NCBI GenBank assembly: GCA_044236265.1
Contig: JBIIGV010000053.1
Location: forward strand, 1 to 19,059
From: Oligoflexales bacterium
GTDB lineage: Bacteria; Bdellovibrionota_B; Oligoflexia; Oligoflexales; RGVZ01
Reading direction: 5' to 3'
DNA length: 19,059 bases
Shown: one piece after another, positions 8,477 through 17,068 of the stretch
Layout: each line of letters begins with the position of its first letter
How positions within the stretch are numbered: position 1 is the stretch's first letter
Program-made: the position numbers and the translations under genes
Notes under the pieces: model-generated
What the model was told of the DNA's origin: nothing
Database searches by the model: none
Seen by the model: only the letters and a program-made list of their open reading frames with translations

Positions 8477-8496
8477 GTTCCTTCCGAGGGATTCTT
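8475..8496 (+). terminator. Possible weak terminator or stabilising hairpin right after the right S8 gene
   Basis: GAGTTCCT-TCCG-AGGGATTC forms an 8 bp stem including two G:U pairs on the + strand. It has only a very short T tract. Confidence 0.3.
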
Positions 8497-8633
8497 CACA
8501 GACACGACGCCCAGCCGGCATGCGAGATTTCAGGGTGACCAACTGGAGTCGTATGCTGGAAACCAGCGAAAATCTCGGTCGAAGATAAGCACGGCGAATG
8601 CACATCAATATCATAGAAGTCAAAGGTCCATGA

Positions 8634-9137
8634 TCAACTGGAAGCCGAATATGCCAACGGCTTTTCAATTACGACAATATCTTCGTCAACAAAGCGTTTT
8701 ACGCAGGTGTCAGGTGACTGCTTGACGATCGCACGTTTAAAGGAACGATCAATAAGAAGCCATTCCTCTCTCTCCTTTTCAGGAACATGAGCTTCCATGA
8801 GAGAGTCTCTTAAAAGCCCGCTGCGAACGTTAAATAATTCCTCAGTTATAAATATGTGTGCATGGGCGTGATGTGGAAGGCGTCCTCCATACATTTTGGG
8901 GCCACCGATGAGTTGCGCAATAAAATCTGACTGCTGATTTTCGATTTTTTTCTGGTCGATGCCGTTAAAAAATCCACCTAACCAAGGGTGTGCATATAAT
9001 TTATCGTAGAAAATTCGATGCACCCTCTCTAAAACTGGTCTCCCACCAACCCGCTCATAAAGAGGGACTTTTGATTGACTGGCAAGCCTCGTGACGTCAT
9101 CGACGAGAATGTTGTCTTCAAGATACTTGTCAGTCAT
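8634..9137 (-). CDS. Group 1 truncated (2/2) hemoglobin with a short C-terminal extension
   Basis: LYERVGG N-terminal motif, FY (B9-B10), GGFF (CD1 Phe), F.AQLIGGP..Y.GR and a proximal His in AHAHIFIT. This pattern is characteristic of trHbN-like globins. Confidence 0.88.
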   Translation of the reverse strand: MTDKYLEDNILVDDVTRLASQSKVPLYERVGGRPVLERVHRIFYDKLYAHPWLGGFFNGIDQKKIENQQSDFIAQLIGGPKMYGGRLPHHAHAHIFITEELFNVRSGLLRDSLMEAHVPEKEREEWLLIDRSFKRAIVKQSPDTCVKRFVDEDIVVIEKPLAYSASS

Positions 9138-9173
9138 ATAAGGGTCCCATTTGGATTGTAAAATTTGCTAATT

Positions 9174-10061
9174 TCAGAACGGAATAAAAAGGTGGGTCGC
9201 ATACATCGTTGTGTTTCCGCCGTCTTTACCGCTGTAAAGGCCCATAAGATTACTGGAAACACTCCAAGTAAACCAAGGTAGTTTCACCAACTCGAGGCCT
9301 ATAGTTCCGCCGATTGCGAACAGAGAGCGACTGAATAGCCGTGAGTATCCGTAGGTGAGGCCTGCATATGGATTGGCAAAGGAGCGGTAGCCACCGCCAA
9401 AAATTGATGAGTAGAAGTTGTGTCCTATCAGAACGATCGATGAGCCTGAAGAGTTTGGCTCTTTGGCTGTGGCGGATGCACTGGTTTCGTTTCCAGACTC
9501 CTTTTTCGTTTCCTTCAGCAAAATGATGGATAGCTGTGCCCACTGACCTCTCGGACTAAGAGTGATTCCAGCTCCTGACATGCTGCGACTTTTATCGTTG
9601 CTGAGGTTGAGGTTCAAGTTTGCTGCAGCAACGCCGGCAAAAAGACGTCCTTGGCTTCGTGAATCGGCGAAGTTTTCGTTTCGTTGATCGGCCATAGAAA
9701 GCTTAATTCGGACGGATGTGAGATCTGCATTAACTTCAGAGTTCTCGCCGCGCACACTTCCGAGTTGGCGAAATTTCTCCATCATGTCATCCACAGCATT
9801 TGGAGCGGCGACGATTATATAAGTTGCCGTTTGATTGTTGTATTGGTCTCTCCAAATTTGGCGTTTTTCAATTTTCCCACCATTATTTTTGACAATTTTA
9901 TCAGCGCTGACCGACGCTTTTTCAGCATTGTCTACGACTAAGTCAATCGTTATGTCAGGTGCAATGTCTCGTTTTGCTGCAGGTTGAGCGGAAGACATTG
10001 CAGAAGGAGAAATTAGAGCTATCGCGATCAGGTTTCGCACGCACCACTTTTTAAAAGACAT
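9174..10061 (-). CDS. Exported protein: DUF4349-like N-terminal alpha/beta domain plus a C-terminal amphipathic beta-strand (outer-membrane barrel-like) region
   Basis: Sec-type signal peptide (MSFKKW...ALISPSAMSSA) and GAGG RBS. ITIDLVVDNAEKA...NNGGKIE...ATYIIV..P..VDDMMEKFRQLGSV resembles DUF4349 from memory. The C-terminal half has alternating hydrophobic/Gly strands and ends in Phe. Confidence 0.55.
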   Translation of the reverse strand: MSFKKWCVRNLIAIALISPSAMSSAQPAAKRDIAPDITIDLVVDNAEKASVSADKIVKNNGGKIEKRQIWRDQYNNQTATYIIVAAPNAVDDMMEKFRQLGSVRGENSEVNADLTSVRIKLSMADQRNENFADSRSQGRLFAGVAAANLNLNLSNDKSRSMSGAGITLSPRGQWAQLSIILLKETKKESGNETSASATAKEPNSSGSSIVLIGHNFYSSIFGGGYRSFANPYAGLTYGYSRLFSRSLFAIGGTIGLELVKLPWFTWSVSSNLMGLYSGKDGGNTTMYATHLFIPF

Positions 10062-10155
10062 AGGTAAAATCCTCTTTTGGTTGCAGAGTTCACCTATATT
10101 TTAACTTATGTGTACGCGGTAGTCATGATCCCGGCATATTTTTATGTATAAAAGA

Positions 10156-11550
10156 TCAAACCGTACCGGATGGTCCAAGCTTTTCCAGGGTCTTTCTCCT
10201 GAAGGCAAATATGGTCTTTACGTCGTTTTTGACCATAGGTAACGCGACATCTCCCAGAGGCCAGACATACATCTTGTAGATCACGCGGTCCGTCATAAGA
10301 GTGCCGCCTGCCAGGGGTTCAAATGAATGTGTATGATGCCAGATGCGGTAGGGACCTTTGAGCTGGGTGTCTACAAATTTTCGTGGCGGATCCCAGTCTT
10401 CAATTCGTGTGCGCCAGGAGACGGGCATACCCTTGATCCTTAGCCGGTAGTCGATCAGCAACCCTGACTTCATTTCGTCTGAGGACTTCTTGGTTATGCG
10501 AAAGTTAAGCCATGGGGGTGTTATCTTTTCCAGATTTTCTGCAGCTGAAAAGAACGGAAAATTATCTTCAGGTGTTCCTGGAAGCCATTGTCTGGCTGTA
10601 AAAACGCGCGCTCCACGCGGAAGTTTCTGGTCAATTAAATCCAGCAAGGCATTTTCGGGGTCAGCGAATTGAAACTTAAATCCGCTTTCAATAAGTTTCT
10701 GTGGGATAACGGCAGAACTGGCGGTCAGTATGCTGCTCATTTCTCCAAAGGCAAGCTTCAAGGCCAAAGGCGGCACGGGCATGGCTGACGGCATCTTCAT
10801 GGACTTTCCAAGATGCTTGCTAAATGTTGCGTTGGAGACGGGTTCAGAAGCCACCAGGTTAACAGGTCCTTGCATGCTTGGCGTGTCGATGCAGTGAATG
10901 ATGGCGCGCACAGCGTCTTTGATGTGGATCCAACTCATCATTTGCTTGCCGCTGCCAATAGGGCCGCCGACGCCATAATAAAATGGATTCATCATCTCCG
11001 GGAGCGCTCCACTGTCACCTGACAAGACAACACCAAATCGGGCGAACACTTTACGGATACCCGGATCATTAGCACTGGCTGCAGCCTCCCAATCCCGGCA
11101 GACGTCTGCTAGAAATCCAGTGCCCGCTGGTGATGACTCGTTAAATCCTGTTTTAGCCGATACGTTGTCAGGCGATGGACCGTAAATACCTATTGCCGAT
11201 GCGTTAATCCAAAGACTTGGTTTTTTCGACAGGCTCTGCACAGATGAGATCAGTTGCTTTGTCGAGTTGACGCGGGAGTCGTAGATGCGTTGCTTTGATT
11301 TCCTGGTCCAACGCTGGGCCACGGGTTCTCCAGCGAGGTGGATCACGACATCAAACCCCTCAGACTTGGGGTCTAACGTGTCTTTAGCGACTTGCGTCTT
11401 GTGATCCCAAGCAATACAACGAGCTGGAAATGACAACTCAACGGAGCGTCCAGAGCGTGTCAAGGCTGTGAGGGCGTGACCTGACCTTGCCAACTCAATG
11501 CCCAAATGATTGCCAATTAAACCAGTGGCTCCTGTGATCAAGATTTTCAT
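10156..11550 (-). CDS. TIGR01777-family NAD-dependent epimerase-like oxidoreductase (YfcH-like) fused to a C-terminal SRPBCC domain
   Basis: Rossmann motif MKILITGATGLIG, plus HLAGEPVA.RWT, SRV, ASAIGIYG, GFLADVCRDWE and G.G.Q.MSWIHI. The C-terminal FFS.AENLEKITPP...IDYRL...W.T.I..WDPP..FVD.Q..GPY..WHH.H.F...GGTLMTD is SRPBCC-like. Start moved from 11592 to ATG 11550 because an AAGGA RBS precedes it and the Rossmann motif begins there. Confidence 0.9.
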   Translation of the reverse strand: MKILITGATGLIGNHLGIELARSGHALTALTRSGRSVELSFPARCIAWDHKTQVAKDTLDPKSEGFDVVIHLAGEPVAQRWTRKSKQRIYDSRVNSTKQLISSVQSLSKKPSLWINASAIGIYGPSPDNVSAKTGFNESSPAGTGFLADVCRDWEAAASANDPGIRKVFARFGVVLSGDSGALPEMMNPFYYGVGGPIGSGKQMMSWIHIKDAVRAIIHCIDTPSMQGPVNLVASEPVSNATFSKHLGKSMKMPSAMPVPPLALKLAFGEMSSILTASSAVIPQKLIESGFKFQFADPENALLDLIDQKLPRGARVFTARQWLPGTPEDNFPFFSAAENLEKITPPWLNFRITKKSSDEMKSGLLIDYRLRIKGMPVSWRTRIEDWDPPRKFVDTQLKGPYRIWHHTHSFEPLAGGTLMTDRVIYKMYVWPLGDVALPMVKNDVKTIFAFRRKTLEKLGPSGTV

Positions 11551-11580
11551 GGGCGAGTTCCTTATTGTGTGGGGTTGGCG

Positions 11581-11609
11581 TAGACGGTTCAATGATGCGG
11601 GTTTATCAT
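11581..11609 (+). promoter_or_regulatory. Sigma-70-like promoter for the ABC transporter
   Basis: TAGACG (11581-11586), 17 nt, TATCAT (11604-11609). The -10 box overlaps the ORF-track ATG at 11608, which supports the downstream start at 11635. Confidence 0.5.
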
Positions 11610-11634
11610 GGTGCGAGTTAAGCTCGAGGGTTTT

Positions 11635-13419
11635 ATGTCAGATGTTATGTTGAAACACGATCAAGCACACGCCGCGTCCCCGCTCAGCCGGCTCTTTAGT
11701 TATAGCAAAAATTACCGCGCAATGGCCATACGTGCCAGCTTGTACAGTGTATTGAACAAGTTTTTTGATGTGATGCCAGAGATTTTGATCGGCGTGGCGA
11801 TCGACGTTGTAGTTCGCCGGGAAACCTCATTTTTGGCACATTTGGGCGTACAAAGCCCCATCGTTCAAATTGTCGCGTTAGCTGGCTTGACGCTTGTGAT
11901 TTGGATATGTGAATCCCTCTTTGAGTATCTCTACGGGGTGCATTGGCAAAACTTGGCTCAATTGGTGCAACATGATTTACGACTCGATGCATACCGCCAT
12001 CTGCAGTCTCTAGATATGGACTGGTTTGATGAACGGCACTCTGGACAGCTAGTTTCGATTCTTAACGATGATATCAATCAGCTCGAACGTTTTCTAAATG
12101 TCGGTGCAAATAGCATATTGCAGGTAGCATCTGCAGTGATCTTTATCGGCGCTGTTTTCTTTTATATAGCTCCCGATGTTGCCTGTGTCGCAATACTTCC
12201 CATTCCCCTGATTATTTGGGGCGCTAGCCGTTATAAGAAGTTAGCCGAGCCACTCTATGCCGATGTTCGTGAGAAGGCTGCCAAGATTGGCGCTCGCCTG
12301 ACGAGCAATATTTCTGGAATTGCCACAATTAAAGCCTTTGCAGCCGAGACAGCAGAAGCAAAAACGGTCGCAGGCCTATCCAATGACTACGTTGGCGCGA
12401 ACAAATCAGCCATCAAGCTAAACTCGGCATTTACGCCCATTATTCGCATGGCGGTCTTATCCGGCTTTGTTGCAACCCTAATATTAGCGGGCATTAAAGC
12501 CATTCGTGGCGAGCTTCCGGTGGGAAGTTTCGGTATTCTCGTGTTTTTGACGCAACGTCTGCTATGGCCCTTCACAAGCCTCGGGCAAACCGTTGACCTT
12601 TATCAACGGGCAATGGCCTCCTGTGACCGAGTCATGGATTTATTGCGGGTTCCTGTTCGTGTTGAGAGAGGGGATGCGTCACTTGATATGGCATCCGTGA
12701 GAGGGGAGATTGCCTTCCGTCAGGTCCGATTTTCCTACAAAGATCGAGATAGGTTGTTTGATGGTCTCTCCTTTGAGGTCCCGTCAGGCAGTACCGTGGC
12801 TCTAGTCGGGACAACCGGCTCCGGCAAAAGTTCCGTGGCCAAGCTTTTGCTTCGGTTTCATGAGCCAAGTGGTGGGTCTATTTTGCTCGATGGTCGGGAT
12901 ATAGCGGATCTAAGAGTGGCAGATCTTCGTCGGGCTATCGGATTTGTGAGTCAGGACGTCTTCCTATTCAGCGATACGATTGCTGCAAATATCTCGTATG
13001 GAATGGCGGGCGTTTCTGACGTCGAAATTCGGCGCGCGGCAGAGCTTGCCGCCGCAGCTGAATTTATTGAAGCGTTGCCTCAAGGCTATCAGACCGTGGT
13101 CGGGGAGCGTGGTCAGCGTCTATCCGGTGGCCAAAAGCAGCGCATTGGTTTGGCTCGTGCGCTGATTAAAAATCCACCAGTTCTTATTCTTGATGAGGCC
13201 ACGTCGGCCGTGGACAATGAAACCGAACGTCTTATTCAGGAGTCTATGGAGACGATTCGCAAGGGGCGAACGGTACTTATCATCGCACACCGGCTGTCGA
13301 CCATTCGTAACGCAGATATGATTTTGGTCATGAATCAGGGGGTTATTGTTGAGTCGGGGACTTATGAGCAGTTGATCGGTAGAGATGGTGTTTTTGCTGC
13401 GCTATCAAAACTGACTTAA
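11635..13419 (+). CDS. ABC exporter, fused permease and ATP-binding domains (MsbA/Sav1866-like half transporter)
   Basis: N-terminal multi-pass transmembrane domain. Walker A GTTGSGKS, Q-loop VSQD, signature LSGGQKQR, Walker B LILDE, D-loop ATSAVD, H-loop IAHR. GAGGG RBS at 11626-11630 precedes ATG 11635 (the ORF track gives 11608). Confidence 0.93.
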   Translation: MSDVMLKHDQAHAASPLSRLFSYSKNYRAMAIRASLYSVLNKFFDVMPEILIGVAIDVVVRRETSFLAHLGVQSPIVQIVALAGLTLVIWICESLFEYLYGVHWQNLAQLVQHDLRLDAYRHLQSLDMDWFDERHSGQLVSILNDDINQLERFLNVGANSILQVASAVIFIGAVFFYIAPDVACVAILPIPLIIWGASRYKKLAEPLYADVREKAAKIGARLTSNISGIATIKAFAAETAEAKTVAGLSNDYVGANKSAIKLNSAFTPIIRMAVLSGFVATLILAGIKAIRGELPVGSFGILVFLTQRLLWPFTSLGQTVDLYQRAMASCDRVMDLLRVPVRVERGDASLDMASVRGEIAFRQVRFSYKDRDRLFDGLSFEVPSGSTVALVGTTGSGKSSVAKLLLRFHEPSGGSILLDGRDIADLRVADLRRAIGFVSQDVFLFSDTIAANISYGMAGVSDVEIRRAAELAAAAEFIEALPQGYQTVVGERGQRLSGGQKQRIGLARALIKNPPVLILDEATSAVDNETERLIQESMETIRKGRTVLIIAHRLSTIRNADMILVMNQGVIVESGTYEQLIGRDGVFAALSKLT

Positions 13420-13543
13420 GCCTTAGTGTTTGGCGATCCTTTTCGATTTGCGGTCAGTTTGACCGGGGCATTGGGTTGTTTGGTCGCTCCTTTCTGTTGG
13501 TCTGCCAAGGCAGACTTCGCAACGTCGCAAAATTTGTTACGTG

Positions 13544-13576
13544 TAGCCAACCTTTTACCCCTGTGATATCAGGGGT
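13544..13576 (+). promoter_or_regulatory. Possible sigma-70-like promoter for the POT transporter, overlapped by a 7 bp inverted repeat
   Basis: TAGCCA, 17 nt (ending in TGn), TATCAG (13567-13572). The inverted repeat ACCCCTG-TGATAT-CAGGGGT spans 13557-13576. Match to consensus is weak. Confidence 0.3.
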
Positions 13577-13623
13577 GCTCTTGTGGCTTTGTAAGTCTTT
13601 TTAAATTAATCGGGGGTAGCACC

Positions 13624-14994
13624 TTGCTTCGCGACGCACTGACTAACCGACTTAGAGAGAAAAATTTTCTAGGACATCCAGCGGGACTTTTTGTTTTGTT
13701 CTTTACTGAAATGTGGGAGCGTTTTTCGTTTTACGGGATGCGTGCACTTCTAGTTTTGTACATGACACAATACTTACTGACGGATCCGACCAGGGCTGCA
13801 GAAGTTTTCGGTTACTCGGCATTGGAAGCGCAGATCACTGCCATTTTCGGAGTGCAGACCGTTCAGCAAATGAGCTCGCACATCTACGGTCTTTATACGG
13901 GTTTGGTTTATTTCACTCCGTTTTTTGGTGGATTACTTGCTGATCGCCTTTGGGGGCAATACAGGACTGTTTATTTAGGTGGAATACTAATGGCTATAGG
14001 CCACTTCTTGATGGCTAGTGAGCAGTGTTTTCTGCTGGCTTTAGCGTTTTTGATTTTTGGTAACGGTGCGTTCAAGCCAAATATCTCAACTCAAGTCGGA
14101 AACTTGTACCCAGAGGGTGATCCGCGTCGGGATTCGGCGTTTACGATCTTCTATATGGGAATCAATCTTGGGGCGTTTTTATCACCGCTCGTATGCGGCA
14201 CCCTGGGGCAGAAGTGGGGCTGGCATTGGGGATTCGGAGCAGCGGGCGTCGGGATGCTCTTAGGTCTTGTGATCTACTGGCTGGGATCAGGATTGCTGCC
14301 GCGGGACACGCGTCACAGCCTTGAGTCTGTCGATTCGGGTCCTTTAACTAGACAAGAATGGTCGGCTGTTGCTGCTTTGGCAGTACTTTGTGCGCTCAAT
14401 ATCATGTTCTGGGCTATCTATGAGCAACAGGGTAACACACTGCAGATTTGGGCGGACACGAAGATAAACTGGAATATTGCTGGTTTTGACATGCCATCAA
14501 CCTGGTTTCAATCATTTAACCCCGCGATGATTTTCATGTTGGCGCCTGTACTCAACATATTTTGGGCATGGCAGAACAAATCTGGAAGAGAGCCATCAAG
14601 TGTGACGAAGATGGGTATCGGCTGCATTCTTTGCGGTAGTGCTTATATTCTGATGATTCTTGCATCGATGATGATGCCTGGAGATGAGCGAGGCTCAGTT
14701 TTGTGGCTGCTAGCTACGGTACTTATCTTTACAATTGGAGAACTCTACTTATCACCGATAGGTTTGTCTCTTGTTACCAAAGTAGCTCCAAAGTCAATCT
14801 TAAGTATGATGATGGGTATGTGGTTTTTATCAAGCTTCTTTGGAAACTATGCAACAGGCTTGATCGGAACACTTTACGACAAGATGCCCAAAGAAAACTT
14901 TTTTGGGATCCTGACTGTGATGGGAGTAGCGACTGGAATTGTCTTCATGATCATAAGACGACCAATCCAGAGAGCGATTGGAAAACATGTGTGA
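13624..14994 (+). CDS. Proton-dependent oligopeptide transporter (POT/PTR family, MFS)
   Basis: GHPAGLFVLFFTEMWERFSFYGMR (ExxERF motif), GGLLADRLWG, GNGAFKPNIST, RRDSAFTIFYMGINLGAFLSP (PTR2 motif), FQSFNP and GELYLSPIGLS. TTG start preceded by GGGGGT. Confidence 0.95.
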   Translation: MLRDALTNRLREKNFLGHPAGLFVLFFTEMWERFSFYGMRALLVLYMTQYLLTDPTRAAEVFGYSALEAQITAIFGVQTVQQMSSHIYGLYTGLVYFTPFFGGLLADRLWGQYRTVYLGGILMAIGHFLMASEQCFLLALAFLIFGNGAFKPNISTQVGNLYPEGDPRRDSAFTIFYMGINLGAFLSPLVCGTLGQKWGWHWGFGAAGVGMLLGLVIYWLGSGLLPRDTRHSLESVDSGPLTRQEWSAVAALAVLCALNIMFWAIYEQQGNTLQIWADTKINWNIAGFDMPSTWFQSFNPAMIFMLAPVLNIFWAWQNKSGREPSSVTKMGIGCILCGSAYILMILASMMMPGDERGSVLWLLATVLIFTIGELYLSPIGLSLVTKVAPKSILSMMMGMWFLSSFFGNYATGLIGTLYDKMPKENFFGILTVMGVATGIVFMIIRRPIQRAIGKHV

Positions 14995-15041
14995 CGGGTC
15001 GCATTTCACACGAAAATAAAACCCTGAATTCTTGTAAAATT

Positions 15042-15068
15042 AAACCGCCCCTTAACGGGGCGTTTTTT
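15042..15068. terminator. Intrinsic terminator, probably bidirectional, between the convergent POT and lipoprotein genes
   Basis: CGCCCC-TTAAC-GGGGCG stem-loop (15046-15062), followed by TTTTTT on the + strand and preceded by an A-rich tract. Confidence 0.8.
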
Positions 15069-15330
15069 ATTTTGATTTTTTGGCAGGAGCTTTTTTGGCC
15101 GAGCTTTTCTTTTTGGCTTTGGCGGGCTTTTTGGGAACGTCAGAGTCTAACGTTGTTTCCTCTATGGGTCGATCCGTCATGATCTCAGGGTCTACTAACG
15201 GATCCTGATCCTGTGGCGCTACTGCTTCTGGAGGTGCAGCGCTTGCAGGGCGATCTGTGGTTTCAGTTTTTGTGACGCATGATGTCACGACAAGTAAGCT
15301 GAGCGCCAAAACCAAGGATTTAATCACCAT
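15067..15330 (-). CDS. Small (87 aa) low-complexity lipoprotein with a Lys/Ala-rich C-terminal tail
   Basis: Strong GGAGG RBS 5 nt before ATG 15330 (the ORF track gives 15360). Signal peptide with lipobox MVIKSLVLALSLLVVTS-C. Mature part is acidic and Pro-rich, then PKKPAKAKKKSSAKKAPAKKSK. Confidence 0.75.
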   Translation of the reverse strand: MVIKSLVLALSLLVVTSCVTKTETTDRPASAAPPEAVAPQDQDPLVDPEIMTDRPIEETTLDSDVPKKPAKAKKKSSAKKAPAKKSK

Positions 15331-15363
15331 AAGATCCTCCTGAATGATTGATCTAAGCATAGT

Positions 15364-17007
15364 TTAATCGATAATTTTTTTCAGTTCAGCTGCAAAATTC
15401 ATCTTTGCCATTTCTTCAACGGCAATCGTTCTTTGTTCTTCCAGAACGTCGATGAAAACCTGCCGCGTGGTGAGGGGATTCGCTAAGACAACACGGAACA
15501 CGGTCAATGCTTGATCGTTATGGGACGCAATCTCAAACGTAGTGCGGGATACGAATGTTTGACCTCGGTCACGCTGTGTTTTTTGGATATTTACAGTTAA
15601 CTCACTTAATAGATCATTGACCTTGGATTTCTGATCTGAAGATATAGTTTTAAGCTGTTGCCGCAGCGATTGAGGTACATAGCGGTAAGTTAAAATATTC
15701 AGTTCTGGTTCGGTCGTGAGCTCGAAATCTGGAGTATTTTGAATCATGCGAGCAAATTGCGCCGCCTTGCCAATACCCACATCAATCAGAAGTTCGTAGC
15801 CTTTCCGGCCAAGAATCCGAAGTCCTGAGTGCACCAGCATGGCCATACCCGGACGTGAGCCTTCTAGCGTATGTTTACCGATGTCTCGAGAACCGCGGCG
15901 AATAATGTACTGCGCATTCGTCTCAATGGCATCGAGTGCCGTTTCAGACCTAAATAAGCAAAGACCTGCGCCCATAGGGACATAGAGCTGCTTGTGAGCG
16001 TCGATCGTTACACTATCGGCTCTTTCGATGCCTTTGAGTAAATGCCGGTGGCGATCGGAGAACAGTGTTGGAGCGCCCCAGGCGCCGTCAACGTGGAAAT
16101 GGATGCGATGGCTTTCGCAGATGTTTGCCAGTTCCTCGAGAGGGTCAACGTTACCGGTCTCGGTGGTTCCCGCTACGCCTACAACAGCAAGTACACCAAC
16201 GTTTCGTGACTGGAGCTCTTTGATGCGTGCTTCAAGTTTTGTGGGAATGATCTTGTTGTGCTCATCAGTCTCGATAGCGATCAAATTGGCTCGACCAATG
16301 CCAAGTAAATCTGCGGCTTTCTTCAGGGAGTAGTGCCCACGACGTGAGACTAATATAGCTAAGCCATTGAGGCCATGAGCGGTCAATCCTGCCGCTAATC
16401 CATGCTCGAAGATACTTTTGAAATCCCCTTTTGGAGCTAGCAGTCTATTGCGCGCAACCCAGAGTGCTGTCACATTGGCAATTGTACCACCAGAACAAAA
16501 GACTCCCAGAGCATGCCGGCGGTCATGCGTCCACTTGTCGTAGTAGGCCTCATCGCGGTGATATACCAGTTTGTGCAGCATACCAACGACTTGGCTTTCA
16601 AGTGGAGTGAAGGCTTTTGATGTTTCAATTTTGACCGTGTTTTGATTGAGCGCAATCATGATCTTGGCTAGTGGGAGCATGAAGTAGGGCATGCTTGAGG
16701 TCATGTGACCAATAAAACTTGGTGCCGCTGTGTGCACGGACTGGCTAACCACTTTATCCATCAGAAACTTCGCTTGTTCGTGTACGAACATCGGCTCTTC
16801 AGGGATGTTAATGTTCTTAAAATCGCGTTCGATTTCGGCCGGCTCCATCTCGCCTGCCACGATATGATCCCGCAAAAATCCAAGTAGGTTTTGGCTAATC
16901 TCTCGCTCGATGCGCATGAGCGTAGAGTCTTCATTCTCCGGAATGGAGAAGACTTTGCGCATGCTATCGAGTGTGGCCTCTGCTTTTTTGGTTGGTCTAT
17001 TGGGCAT
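15364..17007 (-). CDS. panP: PLP-dependent group II decarboxylase, PanP-type putative aspartate 1-decarboxylase
   Basis: FIGHMTS, LNQNTVKIETSKAFTPLE, CSGGTIAN, HYSLKKAADLLGIG, GTTETGNVDPL, HVDGAWG, DAHKQLYVPMGAG (PLP lysine) and TLEGSRPGMAML match the PanP family as I recall it. GGAG RBS upstream. Confidence 0.85.
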   Translation of the reverse strand: MPNRPTKKAEATLDSMRKVFSIPENEDSTLMRIEREISQNLLGFLRDHIVAGEMEPAEIERDFKNINIPEEPMFVHEQAKFLMDKVVSQSVHTAAPSFIGHMTSSMPYFMLPLAKIMIALNQNTVKIETSKAFTPLESQVVGMLHKLVYHRDEAYYDKWTHDRRHALGVFCSGGTIANVTALWVARNRLLAPKGDFKSIFEHGLAAGLTAHGLNGLAILVSRRGHYSLKKAADLLGIGRANLIAIETDEHNKIIPTKLEARIKELQSRNVGVLAVVGVAGTTETGNVDPLEELANICESHRIHFHVDGAWGAPTLFSDRHRHLLKGIERADSVTIDAHKQLYVPMGAGLCLFRSETALDAIETNAQYIIRRGSRDIGKHTLEGSRPGMAMLVHSGLRILGRKGYELLIDVGIGKAAQFARMIQNTPDFELTTEPELNILTYRYVPQSLRQQLKTISSDQKSKVNDLLSELTVNIQKTQRDRGQTFVSRTTFEIASHNDQALTVFRVVLANPLTTRQVFIDVLEEQRTIAVEEMAKMNFAAELKKIID

Positions 17008-17068
17008 GCACCAGGTATCTCCATGGCTGCGAGCATCAATACTCGCTCATGATTTATAAAGTCGGCTT

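Noticed and set aside
8523..8577. Hammerhead ribozyme (three-way junction with a stem followed by GAAA)
   Set aside because: The CUGANGA catalytic core is missing on both strands.
11635..13419. Type I secretion ABC transporter exporting the two proteases
   Set aside because: No HlyD-like adaptor or TolC gene is nearby, and the proteases have N-terminal signal peptides and no RTX repeats.
13452..13464. GGTCAnnnTGACC, identical to the eukaryotic estrogen response element
   Set aside because: The match is coincidental in a bacterial genome. The sequence is kept only as a generic palindrome.
14703..15182. 159 aa + strand ORF
   Set aside because: It overlaps the POT gene out of frame, runs through the terminator and lies antisense to the lipoprotein gene. 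It has no recognisable motifs.
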